Source of the DNA: Escherichia phage ECML-117
Sequence record: JX128258
Length of the DNA: 64,000 nucleotides
Reading direction: 5' to 3' (one strand)
The notes under the pieces are model-generated. The model searched no databases and was not told the origin of the DNA. It worked only from the letters and a program-made list of their open reading frames with translations. The position numbers and the translations under genes are program-made. Positions 56,782 to 64,000 of this stretch are shown here, one piece after another (the first letter of the stretch is position 1; the number at the start of each line of letters is the position of its first letter).

Positions 56782-57777
56782 TTATTTATTAGCAATATAA
56801 GCAAATTTTTGATAGTTATTTGCTTTGATGAGTTTTTCGACTTCAACAAGGTCATGAGCGACGTCATCAAGCAAAATGTTTCGCCAGGTAGCGAATCTAC
56901 CGACACTAAAAACGTTCAAATCCATAGTCAGCTGCAGGAGTAGGGCGTGTCGCAAGTCTTTCGGAATGTCGACAATCTTGCCATATTTCTGGTCGACCTT
57001 TTCAACTTCTTCAAGAGCGATATCACTCCATGAAAGGCCAAATGCCGTCAACACTTCGTCGACTTCTGCGCGAAGCTTCATGTCACGGTAACGAGTGATG
57101 CCTCCAGCGGCTTCAACTGCAGCTTCACTTACGCTGACTAAAGGAATTGTTTCAATGATAAGCGTGTCACCAGTAATTGATGCGCGGTAAGTTCTGACGG
57201 AGTAGTCAGGGAAGTAAATTGTCTGATACAAATCACACTTACGTTTAATCTTAAAGCGGTAAACGCGAATGTTTGCTTTATCAAATGAAAAATCAAGCTT
57301 TTGATCAATTCCAGCAAGCTTCATCATGACTGGCAGCGGCGACGTGTTGATGATTGGCGTCTCGCTATAGCCGCAAAGAGTATCAACAGGAGTATTAAAG
57401 AATATGCGGTCACCCAGTTTGTCGACAAGCTGATCATAAAAGTCATCAGGCGCAATATAACGCGTTGCAGTCTTAAGCTTCATGATTGAACGGCTGCCAA
57501 ACTGATTGGTGACCTTCATGGAATACATATTGGCAAGGTTAATTGGGCAATGGTCATGGTAGTAGTTGCCGCGAAAATACACAGCCTTGTCAACTGTCAC
57601 GGCCTTAAAGGGGATTCCGGTAATACGGCTTACTTCTTCGCCACGGAAGCGTAGCAATGCCTTGTGCTGTTGCGCTCGTTCCCCTGCTTCGTACACAACA
57701 GAGTTCGGGAAGTGACACGCTGTGATAAGTCCTGCCAGTCCGCCGCCGATAATCATTACAGGTTGTTTCATGTTCAT
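56782..57777 (-). CDS. FAD/NAD(P)-binding flavoprotein oxidoreductase
   Basis: 331 aa; N-terminal IIGGGLAGL Rossmann motif; C-terminal GRFATWRNILLDD resembles the C-terminal motif of UGM/amine-oxidase-type flavoenzymes. Confidence 0.5.
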   Translation of the reverse strand: MNMKQPVMIIGGGLAGLITACHFPNSVVYEAGERAQQHKALLRFRGEEVSRITGIPFKAVTVDKAVYFRGNYYHDHCPINLANMYSMKVTNQFGSRSIMKLKTATRYIAPDDFYDQLVDKLGDRIFFNTPVDTLCGYSETPIINTSPLPVMMKLAGIDQKLDFSFDKANIRVYRFKIKRKCDLYQTIYFPDYSVRTYRASITGDTLIIETIPLVSVSEAAVEAAGGITRYRDMKLRAEVDEVLTAFGLSWSDIALEEVEKVDQKYGKIVDIPKDLRHALLLQLTMDLNVFSVGRFATWRNILLDDVAHDLVEVEKLIKANNYQKFAYIANK

Positions 57778-57909
57778 TTGTCCTTTGTGGGTGATATGAG
57801 AAGTATAATAGCTAAATTATTTTACAGCAACAAGTCATTTTATTTAGTACAGATGAAAAAAGACCCACAACAAGTGTGGGTCAATTACCGCTGCATAACC
57901 GTCCTAAGG

Positions 57910-58755
57910 TTATTCCGCTTGATCACCGTCTTCGGCATCGTCGTTGGATTCAACATCGACAAACTCGATGTGACCCATCTCTTCCAGCTTGCTCAGGTAG
58001 GAGCGAACGGAAGCGCCAAACAGTTGATCTTTAACTTTTTCGCCCAGCTCATCGATAGACTGCGCCACGCCAACTTCGCCTTCTTTGATCGCCGCCAGAA
58101 CGCGTCCACGGGTGGAGTGCTCTTGCGGCTGGCTCAGGCCATTGCCAGTGTAGATGAAGTGAGTAGCTTTTGCACGACGCTGACCGTTTGCCTTTTTAGC
58201 GGCCTTACGTTCTGCGATGGCTTTGCGACGTTCTTCAGCTTCTTTCTTACGCTGTTCTTTCTGCTGTTCTGCAGCTTCTTTCGCCGCAATCTTAGCAGCT
58301 TCACGCTCTGCCTTGCGTTTCGCTTTAGCTTCTTCTTTAGCCTTCTCTTTTTCGGCCTTCGCTGCAGCACGGGCTTGATCACGCTCTGCTTTCTTAGCAG
58401 CAGCTTGCTCAGCTTTCAGACGCTTGGCTTCTTCTTTAGCCTTCGCCTTTTCGATTTCTTTTGCTGCTTTAGCGGCTTCACGCTCTGCCTTCTTAGCAGC
58501 AGCCTTTTCTGCACGCTCTTTGGCTTTCTTCGCTGCTTCTTCAGCACGTTTCTGAGCCTTCTCATCAGCAGCCTGCTTACGTTTCAGTGCAGCTTCTTCA
58601 CGCTTGGCTTGTTTTTCCTGCTCACGCTTTTGGCGTTTTTCTTCGGCTTCTTTCTTTTTAGCCAGGCGTTTTTCTTCAGCCACGCGACGACGTTCTGCTG
58701 CAGCTGCTTGTTTTTCTTCTTTAGATAATACTTTGATTGCTTCGGCCATGTTCAC
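57910..58755 (-). CDS. Lys/Ala/Glu-rich (TolA-like repeat) protein with C-terminal globular domain
   Basis: 281 aa; about 180 residues of KAEEKAA-type repeats; the plus-strand ORF 57664..58728 is its low-complexity antisense. Confidence 0.55.
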   Translation of the reverse strand: MNMAEAIKVLSKEEKQAAAAERRRVAEEKRLAKKKEAEEKRQKREQEKQAKREEAALKRKQAADEKAQKRAEEAAKKAKERAEKAAAKKAEREAAKAAKEIEKAKAKEEAKRLKAEQAAAKKAERDQARAAAKAEKEKAKEEAKAKRKAEREAAKIAAKEAAEQQKEQRKKEAEERRKAIAERKAAKKANGQRRAKATHFIYTGNGLSQPQEHSTRGRVLAAIKEGEVGVAQSIDELGEKVKDQLFGASVRSYLSKLEEMGHIEFVDVESNDDAEDGDQAE

Positions 58756-58908
58756 AGTCCTTAAATAAATTAGTTTATTTTATATTCCCCGTTTGGGATA
58801 ACTTAATTATGCCTTCAGTCGCCGCCAGTAGCAACTAAAAACTCTGGCGGCAATGCCACTTTAATTAAACTGATTTTCAGTTTTATTTTTCGTAAATTTA
58901 CGTCAACA

Positions 58909-60093
58909 TTAACGCGCTTTCAAATCACGGTACACAGTCAGATTCTTCTTAGCGCGGGTAATAGCCGTATACATCATCTTGGCATACGGAACGCCGCGCA
59001 AGATTTCTTCCAGCACGCACACATTGTCCCACTCGCTGCCTTGCGATTTGTGCACCGTTATGACATAGCCATAGTCCATTCCTCCAACAGCGCGTTGGGC
59101 CTCTTTGCGCACTTCCTGATCAGTAGAGAAGGAAAGAGGATTTATCTTCACCTTTATATCTTTGCCATCGGTAAGCGAGCGCAAATTGACATACATTATT
59201 TCATTAGACTCATCTTCATCCCTTTCAAAGTCCGGCACTGGCTCATAACTAATAACAATTCCTTGTTCGCCATTACAGAATCCTGGCCCGTGTTGGTTGA
59301 ATGTGCAAATAACTTTCTCGCCGATTCCTGGCATTGGCGTTATACGTCCGCTCACTTGTCGCAATAATGAATTCCATTTATCTTTGGTGCTATTATAAGA
59401 GCAAATAATTTGATCATCTTCGCCCATAAATTTCTTCAGAGCGGTAACGCGCGGCGATTCAGCCAACACCTTTACATCATCATATTCACGCGGAGGAAGT
59501 CGGTTGCCCTGTCGCACGAAGAAGGAAGCGCGGATTATGTTGGACTCTTTCCCCTGCCGCATGATTTCGGTCAACAGTACGTCAACTGCATCTTCAGTAA
59601 AGTAGGCAGCGGCTTTTACCGGAGGGACTTGTCCAATGTCGCCTAATGCCAGCACAGGGATGCGGTGATCAAGAAGGCGTTCTGTGTCCCACTCACCGAC
59701 CATTGAAGCTTCATCAAGGACGACAAGATGCGGCCTTTCATCAAGAGTTGACTTTCTTGCGAATATTGGTTCATTGTCATCGTTAACGCCGCGCACGTTA
59801 TAGATGAACTGGTGAAGGGTCTTAGCGCCACGACACCCTTTCTGCTTCAATCGGCTGGCTGCCTTTCCGGTCGGCGCAATATAAATGGCACCGTACTCAC
59901 CGACACAACGGCGCACAATCTCACGCGCAATAGAGGTTTTACCTGTTCCTGCATAGCCAGCGATGAAAAATACGCGCTTCGTTGTTTTACCGTCCTGCAA
60001 TCGCTTGTACCATGCAACGGCCTTTTCGATGGCATCAATTTGTTGCGCGTTGAACTGAATCACCGGCTCATCATTAAATTCTGGAATGTTCAT
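58909..60093 (-). CDS. SF1 DNA helicase (Dda/RecD-like)
   Basis: 394 aa; Walker A GYAGTGKTS, Walker B VLDEASMV, C-terminal ITVHKSQGSEWDNV. Confidence 0.7.
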   Translation of the reverse strand: MNIPEFNDEPVIQFNAQQIDAIEKAVAWYKRLQDGKTTKRVFFIAGYAGTGKTSIAREIVRRCVGEYGAIYIAPTGKAASRLKQKGCRGAKTLHQFIYNVRGVNDDNEPIFARKSTLDERPHLVVLDEASMVGEWDTERLLDHRIPVLALGDIGQVPPVKAAAYFTEDAVDVLLTEIMRQGKESNIIRASFFVRQGNRLPPREYDDVKVLAESPRVTALKKFMGEDDQIICSYNSTKDKWNSLLRQVSGRITPMPGIGEKVICTFNQHGPGFCNGEQGIVISYEPVPDFERDEDESNEIMYVNLRSLTDGKDIKVKINPLSFSTDQEVRKEAQRAVGGMDYGYVITVHKSQGSEWDNVCVLEEILRGVPYAKMMYTAITRAKKNLTVYRDLKAR

Positions 60094-60419
60094 TATAACT
60101 CCACTACGCTTTCAAGGTCCAGATATACTGGAATAAAATGGCAATCTTCTTTTCGTTCAAACATCTCACCGTCAACTCGGCTGAAGAAAACAGTCGTGTT
60201 TGGTATCTTCCACCCTTGCTCGTCGCGCACCAGGTACGCCATGGATTCAACAGGGATGTAAAGTGATACCGGATTTGCGGCAAAGATGAATTTGATTCTG
60301 TCTGGTTGACCCAGGAATCGCATAATTGTAAGACTTGAATTCAGTCTTGTATTAAGGAAGGACTCAACGATGCCGACGTGTGTTGCACGTTCGCGTTGCT
60401 TCGTATCTTTTTCGTTCAT
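60093..60419 (-). CDS. hypothetical protein (108 aa)
   Basis: Track ORF. Confidence 0.45.
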   Translation of the reverse strand: MNEKDTKQRERATHVGIVESFLNTRLNSSLTIMRFLGQPDRIKFIFAANPVSLYIPVESMAYLVRDEQGWKIPNTTVFFSRVDGEMFERKEDCHFIPVYLDLESVVEL

Positions 60420-60522
60420 TTCAGGCGACCTTTGTTAGTGCGGAAATATTTTCTGATAGTATAATTGCAGATATAGTATAAAGCAAAGTAAATCGAAATT
60501 GTGAAATAAATGGTAAATATTG

Positions 60523-60550
60523 TTGACTTTGTATCACTCAATATTATACT
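60523..60550 (+). promoter_or_regulatory. sigma70-like promoter (TTGACT-N16-TATACT)
   Basis: Read directly in the divergent intergenic region upstream of 60580. Confidence 0.5.
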
Positions 60551-60579
60551 GCAGGTATTGATCACCGAAGGAAAGAAAG

Positions 60580-61662
60580 ATGGCTAGTTTAAGAGAAGAA
60601 GCAAAAATAATTGAAGAGTTTTTGACGGAACTCCAAAGAGGCATTCCAGAAGATGAACGCGTCATGACCGTGTTTGCGCCTGAAGCAACGGTGCAGACCG
60701 ACGAGCGCGGCAAAAAGATTAACAGCAGCTTCTGGCCTAAGCCTTGGAAGCTTGGCAAGCCGCTGATGCAACATCAGAACGGTTACGCCTGCATAAGTTC
60801 AATGCGTAAGTCTCCCAACCCCAAGACAGGCGAGATGCGATACTGGCGCACGGAATCGGCTTTCGGTCATGGCATGGCGATGATGGTCGACGACATTGGT
60901 CACGGTAAAGGGTCCAAAGGCGATTTAGATTTGGAATTCTTTTTCGAGCGCCTGAAGCCAACCGTCATTGTCGAGACTTCACCGAACAACCACCAGCTGT
61001 GGTATTTCTTTAAAGACCCGATTGACCATCTTATCCAGTTCAAAGCATTCCTTGGGTCTTTCGTAAACATGGTACTCAAGAAGGGCGGCGACAACACGAT
61101 TAAAGATGTAACGCGCGTGGGCCGTGTTCCTGGGTGCATCAACAACAAGCGTGTGACTCACGACGGCCCCTATAAATATGTCGATGAGAACGGCGACCCG
61201 TTCCGCTGCCGACTTGTTCATGCAGACTATTCTTTGCGCTACACAATCGAAGAGATTTGCCAAGCCTTCGGTTTCCACGTCGTTATGCCGCAAAAGCGTG
61301 AAATTCAAATCGACGTTGACGAATACAAATATGACGCTGTTTGGTATAAGATAGCCCAGCAAATCCTTGCGCGCAATAAGATGGGCGAAGGGTCCGATGG
61401 CGATGTGGTTGAAAATATGTCAGGTAAATGTCGCATCATCTGTCCTTGGGGTGAAGAGCACACCAACGGCGACCCATACGGCGCTTATTTTCGCGGCCCA
61501 ATCCCTGGCGCTGAACATGAATTCGTTTTCGGTTGCGCTCACGACTGTCACCGGAAAGGGGAAGGCAAGAAAGGATGGACCGCTTTTGTTGAAGCAGTAG
61601 TCATGCCTTATATTGAGAATCAACTTGATATGATAAATCGTCGCGCAGGTGGCATAAAATAG
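60580..61662 (+). CDS. primase-like replication protein (Prim-Pol/RepB'-like candidate) with C-terminal Cys/His cluster
   Basis: 360 aa; MVDDIGHG acidic motif, C-terminal CPWGEEH...CAHDCH; lies upstream of an SF3 helicase. Confidence 0.35.
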   Translation: MASLREEAKIIEEFLTELQRGIPEDERVMTVFAPEATVQTDERGKKINSSFWPKPWKLGKPLMQHQNGYACISSMRKSPNPKTGEMRYWRTESAFGHGMAMMVDDIGHGKGSKGDLDLEFFFERLKPTVIVETSPNNHQLWYFFKDPIDHLIQFKAFLGSFVNMVLKKGGDNTIKDVTRVGRVPGCINNKRVTHDGPYKYVDENGDPFRCRLVHADYSLRYTIEEICQAFGFHVVMPQKREIQIDVDEYKYDAVWYKIAQQILARNKMGEGSDGDVVENMSGKCRIICPWGEEHTNGDPYGAYFRGPIPGAEHEFVFGCAHDCHRKGEGKKGWTAFVEAVVMPYIENQLDMINRRAGGIK

Positions 61663-61720
61663 TTTGCTTTTATTTTTCTAGCAACTATAATCATTTTATG
61701 AACTGAAGCAGAGGTGATCT

Positions 61721-61867
61721 ATGCAAAGCGAAGAATTGAACATCGAGCTTGAAGGTCTGTTAAATTCGTTAGAACCTAAGCACGTAGAGCTTCCCACCCT
61801 TGAAGGTGTCATGGCTCACAACCAATCGGCTGCGGCCAAACACTACTTTGAATTTGTTAAGGAATAA
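61721..61867 (+). CDS. small protein (48 aa), not in ORF track
   Basis: ATG at 61721 after GAGGTGA; stop at 61865-61867. Confidence 0.35.
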   Translation: MQSEELNIELEGLLNSLEPKHVELPTLEGVMAHNQSAAAKHYFEFVKE

Positions 61868-61869
61868 AA

Positions 61870-62160
61870 ATGAACGAACCAAAAATGATGACTCCTGAAG
61901 AAGCGCAAAAACTTCGCGTGGAGAACGAGCTTAAGCTTGTCAATGAAATTCTTCCTCTGTTTAAAGGCTATGCGGTTGAAGAAGTCGTTGGCGCAATCCT
62001 TAATGTGTCGACGCACGTAGCGATGAATCTGAATGCAGAGCGTTTCAATACTTTGCTGACGATCAACAAATTTACTGTCAGTGCAACATTCACCGTTGAG
62101 CCAGTAAATTTTGAAGAAGCTGCAGCCGCAATTCAACAACAGCGAGATCAAGAGGTGTAG
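61870..62160 (+). CDS. hypothetical protein (96 aa)
   Basis: Track ORF. Confidence 0.45.
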   Translation: MNEPKMMTPEEAQKLRVENELKLVNEILPLFKGYAVEEVVGAILNVSTHVAMNLNAERFNTLLTINKFTVSATFTVEPVNFEEAAAAIQQQRDQEV

Positions 62161-62161
62161 C

Positions 62162-62425
62162 ATGGGCGCTTTCCGCAACGAGTTTATTTGGAACGTCACA
62201 AGCAGTCTTTCGACTTGTCCTAACTGTGCGAGCGATGTGATCAAGGTGCGGCAGCATCGCAGTGCAGAGGAAGGTGCCTGGGAGGACGGCGACCTTGTAG
62301 AGTGCCAGTGCTGCTCTCACGAAGGCGTGGTGGAGCTTTACGCAGGAGAAGGTTGTCCACCAGCAGAACGTTCAGCACGCGTTGAATGGGATGCGACAGA
62401 CTCCATCGGTGATCCTCAACAGTAA
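62162..62425 (+). CDS. small zinc-ribbon protein (87 aa)
   Basis: In frame with track ORF 62111..62425; ATG at 62162; CPNC...CQCC Cys pairs. Confidence 0.45.
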   Translation: MGAFRNEFIWNVTSSLSTCPNCASDVIKVRQHRSAEEGAWEDGDLVECQCCSHEGVVELYAGEGCPPAERSARVEWDATDSIGDPQQ

Positions 62426-62544
62426 ATTTAGGTATAGATACATATGAAAGCCGTAAAGAAATACACATTAATCATTTCCCTTGTTATCATCCTGGGGCTA
62501 TTATATGTATTGGATATGGCATATTATTTGGCAGGGGTGAGTAA

Positions 62545-62835
62545 ATGAATATTGTAATTCTTTATGGTGAGAATATCAGCGATGACGACATCGAAGTTGC
62601 CGTTGATGTTTACGGTATCGATGAGGTGAAACGTGTTGAAGAAATTAATGGCTCAAATCTTAATGAGATTGCCAAAGAAGCTGGTTGCCCTTCGGAAGAG
62701 ATTTTGGTGGTTACTAACGATGACCTGTCTTCTATGGATTGTTTGCGCCGCATCTTCACCGATTGCCAATACCTTCATTCTGTTCAGTCAGTAAACAAAT
62801 TGAGAAAGGCATACGCTGACCAATTTCCTTGCTGA
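62545..62835 (+). CDS. hypothetical protein (96 aa)
   Basis: Track ORF; GGGGTGAG upstream. Confidence 0.45.
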   Translation: MNIVILYGENISDDDIEVAVDVYGIDEVKRVEEINGSNLNEIAKEAGCPSEEILVVTNDDLSSMDCLRRIFTDCQYLHSVQSVNKLRKAYADQFPC

Positions 62836-62886
62836 TAGTTCACCAGTTATATTGCTTTAAACTGAGTTTTACTATATTAATATACA

Positions 62887-62910
62887 ACGCCAGATTTCTG
62901 GCGTTTATTT
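62887..62910 (+). terminator. rho-independent terminator (ACGCCAG-attt-CTGGCGT + TTATTT)
   Basis: Read directly after the stop at 62835. Confidence 0.55.
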
Positions 62911-62971
62911 ACCGCACCCTGAAAGGATATATCCATGCAACAATATAACAAAGCCGTATCAGGAGGATTAA

Positions 62972-64000
62972 ATGTCAATTGAACATGACAATCTTCCAGA
63001 GGATACAGGTGATGAATTTGGTGCAATCTTTGACGAAATTCAAGACGCTGGTGTTTCAGAAGAGATGCAAGCGGCAGAGCAGCAAGGCACCAGAGCTAAA
63101 ATCAGCCTCCAGCATAAGGCTGTTGAGAAAGATGCAGAGCGCATGGAATGCTACGGTGAAGAAGACTTGGTTGAAAGAGCACGCTTGCTCGCCTCACTTC
63201 AGGTAATCAAGTTCCCTCATTATAAACCGACGAAAGATGATTTTGTTCTTCAGGCGGACCGGACGAGTGACATGAACCGTTATGCGGTTTTCGACGCGTT
63301 GTTTGATAAGGGAAGCGGCATTGTCCCATTCCCTCACAAAGATACTTTTCGTGGACGCTTAGTCGACCATCGCGGAGAAACATTCACCGACCGGACGTTG
63401 GAAGTCACAGAGATAGTTGCCGCTGTCGACGCAGCAGGCCTGTCCAACCCAAACTCACGTCAGGTCGCTCAATCCTATAAGGAATGGGCCATGCGTTATC
63501 AGCGCGACGACCTGATGGACTTCTTCTACAAGAAGCTGCCTGAATGGGACGGTACTGCGCGCATTGAAAAATACCTTATCGAGCTATTCCGACCGTTCGA
63601 TACAGAGTTAAACCGACAAATCGGTGTGTATTTTTGGCTATCGCTCTATAACCGCCTGACCAATCCTGGCTGTCAAGCGCCAATCTCCATTGCGCTAATC
63701 GGCGGCCAGAACGCAGGGAAGAGTTATTTTAGTAAGCTACTTTGCGAAGCTATTATGAACGACCGCCACGCAACACCGATTCCGTTGAACTTGGCCGCGC
63801 AAAACTTCAACCCGTTCTTGCGAGCTATTACGGGTCGCTCAATTATCGCGAACGTTGGCGAGATGACAGGCTTTAAAAAGGCTGACATCGAAAACATGAA
63901 AGCATTCCTGACTAAGACGGAAGATGACCTGGACTTCAAATTTGAAGACACGCAGGTTAAACCACGCCAGTGGATTGCTATCATGGACGGCAACGAATAC
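62972..64000 (+). CDS. SF3 (D5/VirE-like) helicase, 3'-truncated by window end
   Basis: ATG at 62972 after AGGAGG; open to window end (343 codons); Walker A IGGQNAGKS and Walker B-like IAIMDG; absent from track because no stop lies in the window. Confidence 0.55.
   Translation, partial: MSIEHDNLPEDTGDEFGAIFDEIQDAGVSEEMQAAEQQGTRAKISLQHKAVEKDAERMECYGEEDLVERARLLASLQVIKFPHYKPTKDDFVLQADRTSDMNRYAVFDALFDKGSGIVPFPHKDTFRGRLVDHRGETFTDRTLEVTEIVAAVDAAGLSNPNSRQVAQSYKEWAMRYQRDDLMDFFYKKLPEWDGTARIEKYLIELFRPFDTELNRQIGVYFWLSLYNRLTNPGCQAPISIALIGGQNAGKSYFSKLLCEAIMNDRHATPIPLNLAAQNFNPFLRAITGRSIIANVGEMTGFKKADIENMKAFLTKTEDDLDFKFEDTQVKPRQWIAIMDGNEY

Noticed and set aside
57664-58728. Plus-strand ORF of 354 aa
   Set aside because: It is the antisense frame of the Lys/Ala/Glu-rich minus-strand gene; the translation is Phe/Leu/Ser low-complexity and it opposes the orientation of the whole block.
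1-64000. Integrase, transposase or other hallmarks of an integrative mobile element or prophage boundary
   Set aside because: No tyrosine or serine recombinase or transposase motifs were recognised in any translation; the island at 5864-8760 therefore looks like a recombination-acquired cassette rather than an autonomous element.

Overview
Contiguous 64-kb segment of a virulent-looking tailed dsDNA phage genome with contractile-tail (myovirus-type) morphogenesis genes and its own replisome. All functional calls rest on motif-level reading of the supplied translations and the raw sequence; no database search or computation was run. Layout: 1-4548 plus-strand small early genes with repeated sigma70-like promoter cassettes; 4549-5389 non-coding control region (terminator, GT-rich segment, iteron/AT-rich element); 5864-8760 compositionally aberrant CpG/TpA-rich accessory island with a triplicated promoter-leader module, four small genes and an 11-bp motif array, which is the best candidate here for an undescribed system; 8768-14170 minus-strand block ending in a tail spike with C-terminal intramolecular-chaperone domain; 14289-42842 plus-strand packaging, head, tail, baseplate, fibre and endolysin module, interrupted at 20.9-21.2 kb by a second iteron/AT-rich element; 42868-60419 minus-strand block with DNA ligase, embedded spanin pair, SNF2 helicase, VRR-NUC, DnaE-type polymerase, DnaQ exonuclease, an SDR/HAD/ThyX-like/flavoprotein cluster and a Dda/RecD-like helicase; 60580-64000 plus-strand primase-like gene and a partial SF3 (D5-like) helicase running off the window. 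No tRNA, rRNA, CRISPR array, integrase or transposase was recognised.
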